From NCBI RefSeq assembly GCF_018977255.1, contig NW_024704743.1, positions 66,094,001-66,158,000 of the forward strand: a stretch of DNA of 64,000 nucleotides, in the 5' to 3' direction. Shown here piece after piece: positions 24,796 through 38,079 of the stretch. The translations under genes were made by a program, and so were the position numbers. Each line of letters starts with the position of its first letter. The first letter of the stretch is position 1. The stretch is from Callorhinchus milii. Taxonomy: Eukaryota. Under the pieces are notes generated by a model, which saw only the letters and a program-made list of their open reading frames with translations, did no database searches and had not been told where the DNA came from.

Positions 24796-25380
24796 TCATT
24801 ACACTTCCCCTATTCTATCTACGATAATAACACACTGCACTCATATAACACATTTCACACAGGAAGGCATCTCAAAGCACTTTACAAAAATGGGGTGAGA
24901 GCCCAAGCTGGGTTGGAGATGAGGGGGTTGGGGCAAAGTGAACTTAAAGTAACTTACAGAAAATTGGCTTAAAAATGAAGAACTTAGAGATTTATTTACG
25001 AATTTGCCACATTTTGAACAGACTGAAAAGCTAAAAAAGGAGTAAATTTAGACCTGCGTGAAGCTTTCTCAGATCATCTACTGAATTCCCTTGTCAACCT
25101 GGTTAATTGGTAGAATCTTACCTCTGAGTCAGTGAGTTGTGGGTTCAAGAACCATGTTCATACTTTGGGTTTAATGTATTGGCTGACACTCCAGTGCAGT
25201 GGTCTAAGAGTTCTGAATTGACAGTCCTTTAAATGTGAATATTAAATCATATGCCTTTTCAGGTGGATGTTAAAGATCCCATGGCATGATTTGAAAAGAG
25301 AAGATAGTTTTCCAGTGTTTTGGGCAACAATCCTCCAATAAAATTGGTCATTCACTTTCATGGCTGTAAGACACAACTGT

Positions 25381-25730
25381 ACAACAACAACAACAAGATT
25401 ACATTTGTATAGCGCCTTTCACGTCGGGAGGACGTCCCAAGGTGCTGGACAAATTGGTCATTTTCAATCTACGACTGTTTGTGGGACATTGCTGTGTGCA
25501 ATTGACTGCCGCGTTTGCCCACATATATACAGTCAATTCACTTTACCGTATATTCTGTGAAGCGCTTTGGGAATGTCTAAAAGACATGAAAAGCGCTATA
25601 TCAAATGCAAGGATTATTATTATTACAGCATTTCAGACTCGAGCTGGGATGGTCGAAGAGGAGGGTCTTGAGGCAGGACTTGAAGGAGGCTAAGGAAAGG
25701 GCGAGGCGGAGTGATTGGGGAATGGAAATC
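25381..25730 (-). mobile_element. L2 3' end interrupted by a plus-strand truncated SINE (25451-25624)
   Basis: Flanks join to match 59922-60130; insert matches the SINE 3' half. Confidence 0.85.
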
Positions 25731-26430
25731 CACTGCTGCATTTGTCTACAAATACACAATTACTAAGTTGACAGAAAGCTCTGGAAATTTTGATGTTTTA
25801 ATGCTGTATCAAATGCAAGCAACAGGTTATGAATATTATTGTCTCCATCCTGAAGGAAGCAGTTGCCCCTGATATTAGATACTGTACTATAAAAGTAAGC
25901 TGATGTTACTCACAAAATCAACAAATCAATTCAAATGAAATACTTGATATATTTCCAAGAAATGGTGATTTTATCCTAACTCAATACATAATAATCTTGT
26001 CACAGATTTAATCTCTTGTTGAAATAAATCAGTATTCTACACAGGAAGAATCCTTTGCCACCTTTAGAAAGTTCATATTTTAGTTCATATGTGTGCAAAT
26101 AAATTCAAAAGAAAGAACAAATTTTCAAAAACAAGTTTACATTTACTTTGCAGCTGCTTCTGCTTTTGTAGATTTGATGTTAAAAAGCAAGCAATTCCAT
26201 TGGAACACAGGAATGTCCAGAGCAGCAGCAAAGATTACTGCATCATTCCATCTGGCACTGGCCCACACAAAATAGATCAGGTTTGGGAGTAAATGTCTTT
26301 AGTTCCCTGGTCATTGAAACTCAGAAATTTACTTTGGAGTGTCACTGAGACCTGCAAAGGTTTGGATCGCCAGATCCAATCTCATAAAACTGGCACTGGT
26401 TCTTTTCCCATTAAATTAGCTCCATAAATA

Positions 26431-26745
26431 GTGGAGTCCTGTAGCTCAGTGGTTAGAGCACTCGCTTTGCAAGCGAGAGACCTGAGTTCAATTCCAGGCA
26501 GAGGGCGAAACCTTGGGCAAGTTTCCTTACTCCACACGCCTAATAATAATCCCTCCAAAACCGAAAACAATAATAAATTGGTCATTTTCAATCTACGACT
26601 GTGGGACATTGCTGTGCGCAATTGGCTGCCGCGTTCGCCCACAAATATACAGTCAGTTCACTTTACAGTGTGTTCTGTGAAGCGCTTTGGGACGTCCTCC
26701 CGACGTGAAAAGCGCTATATCAAATGCAAGGATTATTATTATTAT
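26431..26745 (+). mobile_element. Young tRNA-Ala-like SINE, short variant, full length (CTCCC loop)
   Basis: GTGGAGTCCTGTAGCTCAGTGGTTAGAGCACTCGCTTTGCAAGCGAG..GTTCAATTCC; CpGs largely intact; (ATT)n end. Confidence 0.95.
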
Positions 26746-28171
26746 AAATTAAACAATTTTTCAACACTTGGAAACATAGAAATAGAAACATAGGCAATTC
26801 CTGCACTGACAGAAGGGACCATTCCATTCAGAGTTACGTATGTTGCCTTTGGCGATTCACCACTATAATGGAAAATTCTATTTGTGGCCGGCATCATTTT
26901 TCGCGATGTGCATAACACTGAACGGAGTTTTTATCCACATATAGATCTGTTGAAAAGAAGTCACAAAAGAAATCCATTTGATCTATCATTTCTGCACTGG
27001 CTCTTTGAAAGAGCAATCCATTCAGTCCCAATTACCTGATTTTCCCCTATTCTCCTGTAAATTATTCCTTTTTAATATCTATTTAGTTTGAGGTTTGATG
27101 TCCCTTAAAGAGCTATTTTACTTTGCTTTATAAAATTTTCCAATTTTAAAGATAGTAAAACCAATAAAATATATGTTATTCAAGATTAGAAATGTAGTGA
27201 TACTGGACTGCAAGTAAGGTACTGGGCTACACTCATAAGTGGGTATCATTGCAATGGGTTTAGTTGACCTGCAGGATAGAGGCAAATCCTAGCCTTTAAA
27301 TCTAGTAGAGATTAGTGTGCAAAATAAAAAAGGGGGAGGGAGAAGATCATATATAGGAGGGAGGTGAGAATGTTCTGCTTTGCAGAATCTGGGCTGTAGA
27401 AAGATATTTATCCCTGTGGAATAATTGTTAGCCAAAACTGAGCTACAATTAGAATGCAGACCTTATAAAATAGCACAGCATTCTTGGAGGGCATCCATCG
27501 GCTTATCAAGTGGTATGAGGTCTCATAAACCTGCAAGCCTCTGCCTTCCCTCTGGGGGATTCAGCAAACTGCTGCCTTGCTCTTTCTGCCTGGTGTCTGA
27601 ATCAGTAAAGGCACAGTAATCCTTGATTTCACATTAGTAAATACAGTTTGTGTGGCCTTTCTACAGATGAATCACATTCATTTTTGAAACTATAAACAAA
27701 ATTAAAATAAATGAATTTACATACCCAGAAGGGAATTTTGCCTTTTGAAAAGTAAATCTTGGTTTTGGAGCAGAATGTTTCAGATAGTTATGAGCACAAA
27801 TAAACCTCAATGGTGCCACTGACAAACCATAAAAGGATTATCAAATGCAGGGATTGTTTTTTTATTATAAAATGTAGCAACATGTACAGAACACTTGTAG
27901 ACTATACTTGCCTGTTCCATCATAACTAAGATGACTGTTAAAGATAAAACTACTTTTGAATATTCATTCCAATGATCAGAGTTTAAATAATGACATAATT
28001 ATAATTCTTGCATTTGATATAGCGTCTCAGCACATCATCAAAATATTTCAGAGTTTCACAGAAATTAAAGGAAAGTGTAATGACTGGATTTGTAGGTGTA
28101 CTTGGCAGCCACTTGCACACATGAATGTCCCACAAATAGCCATGAAGGTGAATGACTTATTTTATCTTGGG

Positions 28172-28352
28172 ATTCCTACTCCCAGTGACTGGTCTGCCCT
28201 TCCATATCCTGCCAATAAGTCAGACTGACTGGGCTGTCATCAGCAGTACTCTGCAGTATTGCAGTTCCACTTGGTTCAGGAATTGGACTACTGAGCTATC
28301 AGCTATGAGGAGACCCTGCTTATCCAACACGCCCCTGGAGGATAGTCACTAG
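28172..28352 (-). repeat. Family X, 5' part
   Basis: CCCAGTGACTGGTCTGCCCTTCCA..GCTGTCATCAGCAGT..GGAGACCCTGCTTA matches 2326-2440 and the 41466 head. Confidence 0.75.
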
Positions 28353-28799
28353 TTGGTCCTTTGACATCCGAAAAGCACGAGTTTGAGCCCTCAATAGGTG
28401 ATTGGTAGGTACAAGGAAATCCCTGCAGGAAAAGAGATGTTTAAGAGGGCATCTGATAAGAGATCTTCAAAATGCAGAAAGATTTGAGAGGATAGAGAGT
28501 GGTGGATTGTTGGTAAGTCAGAATCAATAGGGCAAGGGAGAAGAATAAGAGAAGCCTGGAAGAAAATTATTTGCAGTTGGCCTGTTTCAGATAGCTTTTA
28601 CAGATATGAAATGATATGATAGTTATCACAGGGACAGAAAATAGCTACTCAGAAATGCAATATTAAGTCTGTCTCATTGCATTACTTATATGTATTTTAT
28701 TGGTTATATGAAGATATGAAGGGTGACAGAGGCTAAATGTGGGCTCAGATGAAAATTGATAATAGGAAGGAATACAGTATGTGATGTGATAATTTTCAT

Positions 28800-29270
28800 A
28801 AGGACAGAAAATATGGTTAAAGCATGTCCTTGAAAACCCTGTCCTTAACAACAAGCTTGAAACTGAACAACATCTCCCTCTTCCTATCCTCAACTTCAGA
28901 ATGATGGTTTGACCCAGCCCCACCTATGTCCTCTTCTCCTACTGTCTTGATGAATCTTAAAATATTGTTCCGGGTTTATGTTTTCAATCCCATTTAACAT
29001 TTATACACCTCTGTAAGGTCCCATCTGAGTCATCTTCTCTCAAGACTGAAGAGTCCTAGATTCAAGATTGCCGATGTGGTTTGTTTAGCGAGCAAGCAAT
29101 TCAGCCACAAATAATGGTAAGTCTTCTTGCTCACTAAGACCCATGTTAAAAAATGACGATATTAAAATCTTCAGCAGGACTACCTGAATACTGAAGTCAG
29201 GGGGTGAGGGCATTCAATTATTTTCCTCTGTAGTATCAAGGACACATTTTGAAGGACGTTGTTCAACTAT
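28800..29270. repeat. Family Y, two inverted arms around a CR1-like fragment
   Basis: 28800-28925 (+) and 29100-29270 (-) both resemble 17095-17300. Confidence 0.5.
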
Positions 29271-30236
29271 ATATTCTGTCCCTATGATAAGTATCATATC
29301 ATCTCAAATTCCCCATTCCCCTCTCAGGATTTTCAAATAACTAGGTTCAAAATGTATCCTTGGGCAAGACAACTCTTATGCTTCACTGCTTAATCCATTT
29401 GAACTATAATGTTATCCTTAATGATGTCGTAGAATTTTCCTGGAACTGGAAAATATGTATATTTAAAGGAGGATTATGTCAAGTTATCCAACCATGAATT
29501 GATGGATGCATACAGGGGTTGGTGAACAGGGAGTTACAACTTATCTACGCAATGCATTCCTTCATTCATTTTATTTTGTTGTAGGAGCCATTCACAATCA
29601 TGGTGATATATGATAGATAATGCCGTAGTGTAAGGGGTACAATGGTGGATGGAATTTCCATCTTAATTAAATATGTTGTGAAAAATGTATGGTTAATAGC
29701 CGACAAGATCACAGATTGCACATTCTGGTAGTCAGACATGGAAAATGAAAGATACATTAACATTAGGTATTTCAAGACACTTGAAGAATGTTTCTGGTTT
29801 CTACATATCATTCTGTATTTTTAACTTATTAAACATATTCCTATTAATAGAATGTGCTTCACTTACTGTTATGGCTATCCATCAGGCTTTCTCTTGTAAT
29901 CCAATGCAAATGATTGTTGGCTGAGAATTGACTGACATTTTATTTAGGAACATAGGAATGTGCAGGACTGGTAAAGAACATAATATTCTGTCTGTCTGTT
30001 CTCATTTTTGAATGTTATCTCTTCCCTAACACATTTGCTTACAAAAACAAATTTCTACAACTGACAGTAATTACAAATGATGATTGGCCACTACAAACAA
30101 CAATTTGCATTTATATAGCACCCTTCACACTGGATAACATCTTGCAGTGCTGTAAAATTGCATGTTCTTCCTTTATTCACACCACATATTTTTGGTATGT
30201 TTAAATAGGTTGTCCCTTTTGCAAGTGGTGTGTAAT

Positions 30237-31778
30237 AACAACAACAACAACAAAATTACATTTCTATAGAGTCTTTTACATTGGGAGGACGTCCCAAGAT
30301 GCTGGACAAACAGAGTTTCGGACTCGAGCTGAATGGTGGGGTGGGGGAGGGTGGAGGGCAAGGGAGGAAGCAGGGAGATCAAAAGCACGGTCGAAGAGGA
30401 GGATCTTAAGGTGGGTCTTGAAGATGGTGAGGGAAGAGGCAAGACGGAAGGACTGCGGGTTGGAGTTCCAGAGGGTGGGTGCAGAGTGGCAGAAGGCCTG
30501 CCCACCCGCCGATAGTGGGGCGAGCAAGGCGGGGGACGCAAAACAGGCTGGAGTCCGCTGAGCAGAGGGAGCGAACGGGTGGTAGGGGCTTAGGAGGTCA
30601 GAGAGGTAGGGGGTAGCAAGACCGTAGAGGGCTTTGAAGGTGAGGACCAGGATCTTGAACTGTATCCTCTGTGTGATGGGAAGCCAGTGGAGTTGGGCAC
30701 GGATGGAGGTGATAGGGTCGCAGAGCCTAGTGCGGGAGAGGACACGCTGATCTGCAGCCTGCGGAAGGAGGAATTGGGAGTCCGACAAGCAGTGAGTTTG
30801 CATAGTCAAGCCTTGATGTACAGAAGGCATGTATGAGGATTTCGGCAGCCTGCGGTGTGAGACAGTGTCGGAGCCAGGCGACGTTGCGGTGAAGCGGGTC
30901 ATGGCGCAGATGTAGCATAGAAAGGATAGTTGAGGGTCAAACAAGACCCCAAGGTTCCAGACTGGCTTAGCAAGGTGGAGTGTGCAACCATGGATGGTGA
31001 TACTGGCAGCGCCTGAGGTGCTGACCGGAGTCAATCAGGAGAGCCTCGGTCTTGTTGACGTTCAACTGAAGAAAGTTAGCTCTCATCCAGGACTTGATGT
31101 CTGACAGACATTTTGTCAGCACAGCAGTGGTCCTGGAGTCAAGGGTTGAGGCAGAGAGGTAGAGTTGGGTGTCATCCGCATACGTGTGGAAGTTGACCCC
31201 ATATCTGCGGATTATGTCACCAAAAGAGAGCATATAGATATTGAAAAGGAGAGGACAGAGCTCTGAGGAACGCCGCACCAGATGGTCTGGGGGCTAGAGG
31301 AGAAGATGTTTGAGGAGATGAAGTGCAGGCGGTGTGAGTGGTACAATCTGAACCAATCAAAGACAGCGCTGTGGAGGTTAAGGTGAGAGGAGAGGGGTTA
31401 GATGAGGAGAGAGTGGGCGACGGTGTCGAAAGCAGCAGAGATATTATGGAGGACGAGGAAGCAGAGGGAGCCCTGGTCATAGATGGGACAGAATGTCATT
31501 TGTCACTTTGACCGGGGCGGTTTCTGTGCTGTGGGAGACACGGAAGCCCGATTGGAGGGGTTTGAGAAGGGAGTGGCAGGAGAGGAAGGAGCGAAGCTGA
31601 GAAGTAACAACTCGTTCCAGGATCTTGGAGAGGAAGGGGAGGTTGGACATGGGGCGGTAGTTAGGGAGTAGAGAAGGGCCCAGGGAGGATTTTTTAAGGA
31701 TAGAAGTGATGACAGCAGTTTTTAAAGGGGTGGGAACAGTACCAGAGGACAGGGAGAGGTTGACGATGTCAGTGAGTG
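30237..31778 (-). mobile_element. L2-clade LINE, about 1.5 kb, RT pseudogene
   Basis: IVNLSLSSGTVP..NYRPMSNLPFLSKILERVV..QSGFR..HSTETA; HTYADDTQLYLS; LHWLPITQRIQFK; multiple frameshifts; (CAA)n at the left end. Confidence 0.95.
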
Positions 31779-33902
31779 GAGTAATTTCTTTATTGTGTTC
31801 TGTGGCCATGTCAGTCAATTTTTGGTGCTTGGGATATAATGTCATCTGTAATATTAACATTACCTAACATGAATATTATCTAATATTAATTTACAGAACT
31901 GCTTGTTGGAAATCTTTGGCTGATGTCACAGCGAGTTGCTTTGCCCACAAAGAATTCCTGAAATGGGTGTTACATGATTTACAGGCAAAACACAAACAGC
32001 AATATGGATCATGGAGACATTGTAAGTATAAACGTATATATCACTACCAAAAAATTAAATATATATATTTGGGATTCATTTTGCACACAAAAGATAACAT
32101 TTTGAGATTGGAACATTACAAATCATCAGATCCAGAAAAACATTCAAACAATGAAAACTTTCCTAATCTTCTTTCAGAAGTGTATTAGATTTCTCTTGAG
32201 ATTAATTATTCTTAGAAGACAATTGTTTGACGTTAGGTTGTATGTTAACTTGTTTGTTAGTTTATGATTAGAAGCAATTTTAACATAAACTTAGTACACA
32301 AGGATAACTACAATTTTTCCCACAAAATATTACAGTCAATTCACTTTGCAGTGTATTCTGTGAAGTGTTTTGAGACTTCTCGAAGATGTGGTAAGGTGCT
32401 ATATCAAATGCAAGGATTATTATTATTATTAAGGCATCTGATTTGCAAATTACATCCTAAAGTAATTTCTGAAACAATTCTTCTTCATTTCAGTTTTGAT
32501 TTTGTAGCTTGTTTTCTACAGTTCTTAGAACTTCTTTAGAACTTGCTTCAAAATTAAGACTGAATTGAAGAATTTGCCAAGTTTTGGGCTCTCTGAAATA
32601 CTAAGAAAATACTGTAAGTCTAGACCAAGGTGGAATTTCTCCCTCTACATTTATTACCACGTGGGAGCACAATTCTCTCTTGTAGAAATATTTTTCCTGA
32701 TATTTGCTGTCAGGTTACTTTTCACTAATTTCTATTTATGTCTCGTGTTCCTACTTTCATTACTTACTTTAAAGCAATAGTCTGGGTTTAACCTTTCCAT
32801 ATCATTTACTGTTTTTTGTACTTCTTAAGTGCCTTTTTTCTAGATTTAAATCTTAAATTTCTCTAACCTCAGATTTTATCTTAAAAGTTTCACCAAGTGA
32901 CTGTGGACATTAACAATTCTTGCTCCACTCTGGCCTGAAAAACTTTATAACTGAAACTTTTAAAGGGACAAATGTATATTATTCAAACAATTCTAAAGGA
33001 ACAATATTGTACCTTATTTTCCAAAGGATGTCCTAGTTTTGCCTAACAATGCCCTGTCCCTTTAACAAGAACATTACCATGCATTCATAGGATGGAGGTT
33101 AATGATTTATCATTTGTGTGTCTGCATGATATCCTCCCTATCATAAACAGCACCACACATTTCACATAATGGTGCTCCAAGCTAGACAACATGAACTAGC
33201 ATTAAAGGAAAGCTTTGAAGACATATTTCTTCCTTGCAAGAATTCATAATGTAATGCATCTGTAAAATACATCAGTTCAGTGTTAGTGGTAGGGACACTC
33301 TGCAGCAAAATTCCCTGGTGGTCTTCTGGATGATGCGTAGTTTCCCAAGTGACTTACTCTTAGATGCATCTTTGGAGGTCCAACAAAGCTCTCTCCATGC
33401 ATACAATCTCAAACTGTTTTTCTTGGACTTCAGATTTGGATTTGGACCATTTACATTTTGTGTGGTCTGCCTCTGAATCCAAAGTTCGATATTTATCTGA
33501 ATTAGACATCTGGATTCATCATAATAATCCTTGTGTTACATGTTGCATGCTGTAGGAGGTGAAAGCTATTGATAATGCTTTTACCTTGACTTCCTTTTGT
33601 AAAACTGCAGAGCAATACATTTCAGTAAATGAGCAGATGCTTTGGAAATAAGAGTACAATGCAAGAGTTCAGATTCAATAAAGATTTCTATTTCTCAGGT
33701 TTGGGTAAATCAGAGAGCTATCTGTTTGCCTTCAATTGTGTATTTCAGGATACCATGTAGTGTAATGTAAACTCCCCCCCAAAACTCCTGGAAATACTCA
33801 ACTTTAAAAGTGTTGAAATAAGGTGGTGCAGTACCAAATTCCATTATTTTGTTTTAACAGAAGATATTGTACATAGTGTAATTTAATGAGTTTGACTGTC
33901 CT

Positions 33903-34158
33903 ACAGAATCACAGAACCATGGAATTTACAGTACAGAAACAGATCATTTGGGCCATCATGTCTGAGCTGGCTGTTTTAAGAATGATTATTTCAGTTTCAT
34001 TAACCTCCTCTTTCCGTATGCTACTGTCGTTGACCCAATTTTATGTATTTATCCAGTTCCCATTTAAAATCTGGTATAGATGCTGCCTCAACTACCACTC
34101 CCATCAGTACATTCCAAATCCTAACTACGCTGCATTTGAAAACTTATTTTAACCTTCC
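33903..34158 (-). mobile_element. CR1 LINE 3' end, degraded
   Basis: ACAGAATCACAGAACCATGGAATTTACAGTACAGAAACAG.TCATTTGGGCCATC octamer-tailed pattern. Confidence 0.65.
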
Positions 34159-34294
34159 TTATTTGGAAATTCAAAACAGCAGGCTGTTTGCATAAATGGA
34201 TCTCAAATCTTAGCCCAGCTCTGTTTTATTACAATTACAGTATAAGCAGTATAAGAGAAAGAAAAAGTTGGCCTCATAAACATTGTAAGATTAC

Positions 34295-34650
34295 AACAAC
34301 AACAACTTGCATTTATATAGTGCCTTTCACACTGGATGGCGTCTTGGAGGGCTTAACAATGGCGGAGACCGATGCCGAGCCAGGGGGAGAGTTAAGGTGA
34401 CTGCAGTGGAGTTTAATATAGACTGAGGTAATTGAGTACCCAGTTTAGAGCGGGTGAGAATGCAGGCGGGAGAGTTTTGAATGAATTGAATTTTGCGAAT
34501 AGTGGAGCAGGAGAGTTCAGCGAGGAAGGCATTTGAGTAGTCAAGGCAGGAGGTGACGAAGGCATGGAAGAGGGTTTCGGCAGCTTTTGGAGTGAGGTAC
34601 AGACTGAGGTGGACAATGTGGCAGAGGTGGAGTACAGCAGTCCTGGGGTA
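34295..34650 (-). mobile_element. L2 fragment with internal deletion
   Basis: LTPKAAETLFHAFVTSCLDYSNAFL..IQNS motif plus L2 tail. Confidence 0.8.
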
Positions 34651-35567
34651 CAACGGATAGCTGAGGATGGAAACTTTACAGTATATCCTGTGAAATGTTT
34701 TGAGACTTCTTCAACATGAAAGCTGCTATATCACATGTAAGGATTATTATTATTATTATTTAATACTCAATGGGTAACCCACATTCCACTGTCCTGCAGT
34801 CCATCATGATCAGATCTTTTACAGATTGCAACATAATTGGGGGAGCTTTCAAACTGTACTGACTACATGTTGGTGCCATAAAAACTAGATGACACATTAG
34901 CATCAGCAATGAATCTTGCAGGACATTGGGGCAAAAGTTGCAGTATTCTTAACCCAATCCTAAACTTAGTTTCCGAATATCATCGAGTAGCATCACTCTG
35001 CAGGTTTGCTCTATTCAGGGTCCAAGAACCTCCATTTTATTTTGACCCTGAGGCAGATTCAGGGGCCATCTCAGGGTCTCTGTTTTTTTTCCTTCAAACA
35101 TGGACCTCCAAGGATCCATCCAACAAGAAGTCACTTGGGAAATTCTTACACATCCTCCTGAGGTTTATGTGAGGGCAGGTATCACATATGCATACAACAG
35201 ATAAATCATCAACCTTCATCCTGTGCATGAATAGCAACATTTTCCAAAGGTTCACCTAAGGCTAAAAAAGCTTTGAGTGATCACTTCAGAGGATTCAGGC
35301 CCCGATTGTCTGATCAGTAAAATAAATTTCTTGGTCTAATTCTGGAAGTTAACTAGTCCAATATTTATACATCTGAAACTTCTGACAGCAAACTCTTCTC
35401 ATGTTGTATTTTGCATGGTTGCCTTATTAATGAGAGTGTTATCAAGCCTTTACAAAACAGATCAAGTTGGTTCTGTACCAGCACTATTTTCTATCCCACA
35501 AAACTTAATTGTTACTTTCAAGACAAAAGATGATGAAATAGTTGTTAAATCGAGACCAGAATAATTC

Positions 35568-35960
35568 AATAATCCTTGCATTTGATATAGTGCAGTATTA
35601 CATGGTTGAGGTGCCTCAAAGCACTTTACAGAACATATTGTAAAGTGAATTGACTACATATTTTGCGGCTGAAACGCGGCAGCCAATTGGGCACAACGGT
35701 GTACCACAAACAGCTGTGGATTAAGTGACCAAATTATTATATATACAATATATATATATTTTTAAAGGGATTATTATCCCTAGAAAGTGATTTGCCAGTC
35801 GACTTGCGACCCGGTTCCTATTTACTGCTAGGTAAACAGAGGAGCGAAACAGAGGTGTGGAGTAAGGAAACTTAGCTAAGTTTTCATCTTGCCCAGCAAT
35901 CAAATCTAGGTCCTCTTGCTTGTGAGGCAAGTACTCTAGTGAATACACTGCAGGACTCCA
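35568..35960 (-). mobile_element. tRNA-SINE, long variant
   Basis: Reverse complement matches 36361-36755. Confidence 0.85.
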
Positions 35961-36360
35961 TTGCAACAGCCAGTTCATATTACTGTTAAACCAGAATCAT
36001 CTCGAGTGAAAAAATGGTGTGGTTTAGTTTTCTTGGAAATCCCAAATAAGGACAAAGGTCATTTTTTTTTCTATTTTCAGCATCTGAGAACATCTCTGAT
36101 TGTTTTATTGGATCAGAATCAAGCCTTGGTAAGCTTGATGATATTCAGATCGTTTAAGGCATTATATATTACAACTAATAATAGCTAAAGGTATCCATAA
36201 ACAACAGTATATTTAAATTGGTACAGTGCTATCCATATTTCCTTAGTAGGTGTTTCATTTATTTTCCAATTTTTTTGTGAGTATTTTGTTAAATGGAGGT
36301 TGTTAGTGCTGAGCAATGAAGTATTTTCCCATTGTTTGCACTTCTGTTAGTATCAAACTA

Positions 36361-36755
36361 GTGGAGTCCTGTAGTATATTGTTTAGATCACTCGACTCGC
36401 ATGCGAGAGGACCTGGGTTTGATTCCTGGGCAGGGCGAAAAGTTAGGCAACTTTCCTTACTCCACATGCCTCTGTTTACCTAGCAGTAAGTAGGAACTCA
36501 GTGTTAGTCGATTGACAGATTGCTCTTCCAAGGATAATAATCTCCAAAAATGTTTTTTAAAAAACCATAATAATAATTTGGTGACTCAATCCAGGACTGT
36601 TTTTGGGGATACTGCGGTGCACAATTGGCTGTCGCGTTTCGCCCAGAAAATATATAGTCAATTCACTTTGCAGTATATTCTGTGAAGTGCTTTGAGACAT
36701 CATAAAGATGCAATAAGGCGCTACATGAAATGCAAGGATTATTATTATTATTATT
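36361..36755 (+). mobile_element. tRNA-SINE, long variant, full length
   Basis: GTGGAGTCCTGTAG head, B box GGTTTGATTCC, extra segment at about 36472-36532, (ATT)n. Confidence 0.88.
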
Positions 36756-38079
36756 AAACACTCCCTAGTCCGGTTGAATTAAGCAACTATAAGTATTACC
36801 CATCAATAATGTGGCTGTTGTTTTCACCCACAAAGTACACAATCACTATATTTTATAATATATCCTGTGAAGCACTTTGAGTTGTCCTCCTGATGTGAAT
36901 AACATTATATCAAATGTAAGGCTTATTATTATAAACCCTAACCTCAGAAATATTAATTGACTAAAATTATCTGAAACACATGTTGACTTAGTTGTAGCAA
37001 GTAAAATCTGTCCAAATAGTTGCACGTCTCATTACATATATTGCACATTGTGCAATAACACATGTGTTTTGTTTTGAAAGTACAACGTTTTAAAATAGAT
37101 TTTGTTCAAAGGAAATGCAATGCAAGGTCGGAAAGTCAAAAAATTAGATGTGCATCTCTGGTAATGTGAAAAAGTCTGTAATTGCAGATCATTTTTCTTA
37201 AACTAATGTTGACATCACCCTTCATTCTGACAAAGTTGGCAAGTTTTGGCATTCTAAAGCAGAATCCCAAATGCCCATGTCTGAATTGTTGGATTGGTAA
37301 CAACTAGCGTGCTTCGCAGAGGGCTGTACTATAACAAATATTTGCCCAATGATAGCTGGCAAAGTCAGAAAGCCATTGATCTGACACCTGGTGAAACATA
37401 AGTGGCACAACTGCTGACACAAGGTTTTCAGTCAACCTTCAATAATGCCGGAAGACAAGATTGGTTGTGAGGCAACTGGATAAAATAGGAAACCTTTGCA
37501 ATGCCTGTACTATTTTAGCCAACATTTATTTTGAAAAAGTTAAAAACAGGAAATGATTTCATGTGAACAGAAACAAAATGAAGTAGTTTATTTTTGCAAA
37601 AAGGGAAACCACATCGTAACCTATGAAATATTTGTACTAGATGTGATGATGGTTGTCTTTCAGGGCAGCTTACAAATGGGTTGGTTTGCAGGATGTCTGG
37701 AACAGCTGCAATTTTCCAACAGTTAGTGTAAAAGTCATTGTGTGAAGATGAGTGAAACACACTGTCGATGTGAGGAAATCACAAGAGATCACAGAAGGGG
37801 ATTAAATGAAGACAATCCTTCAGCCCATTTGATCTCATACTTCCAGAATACCTACCATATCATCCTTCCATACAGCCCCAAGCTATTTCTTAAATTAATC
37901 CTGTGTCCTGCTGACCTCTATCATCCTTTCTGGAAACCCATTTCAGATGCTGTTTAAACTCTGCTGTAAAGAACTATTTTGTAGTGTTCTGTCCTCAAAT
38001 TGTCATTCAAAACACCGAATCTATGCCCTCCTGTAATTCTGTCTTGACATATCCATACCCATGAGTCTGATATTGTAAT

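Noticed and set aside
26172..26280. Plus-strand exon candidate FDVKKQAIPLEHRNVQ..KIDQ
   Set aside because: Weak donor (GTTTGG) and no recognised homology
26431..26510. tRNA-Ala(TGC)-like cloverleaf as a real tRNA gene (also 62558, 52340, 50507)
   Set aside because: Always fused to the SINE body and tail; anticodon varies between copies (TGC, CGC, CAC); T and acceptor stems imperfect
26431..26793. Recurring ORFs such as WDIAVRNWLPRSPTNIQS..KDYYYY as a gene family
   Set aside because: They are translations of SINE copies; poly-Y and poly-I come from the (ATT)n tail
30276..31034. 252-aa ORF as a host gene or intact RT
   Set aside because: It drifts in and out of the L2 ORF2 frame through indels; no copy has an intact RT or an endonuclease domain
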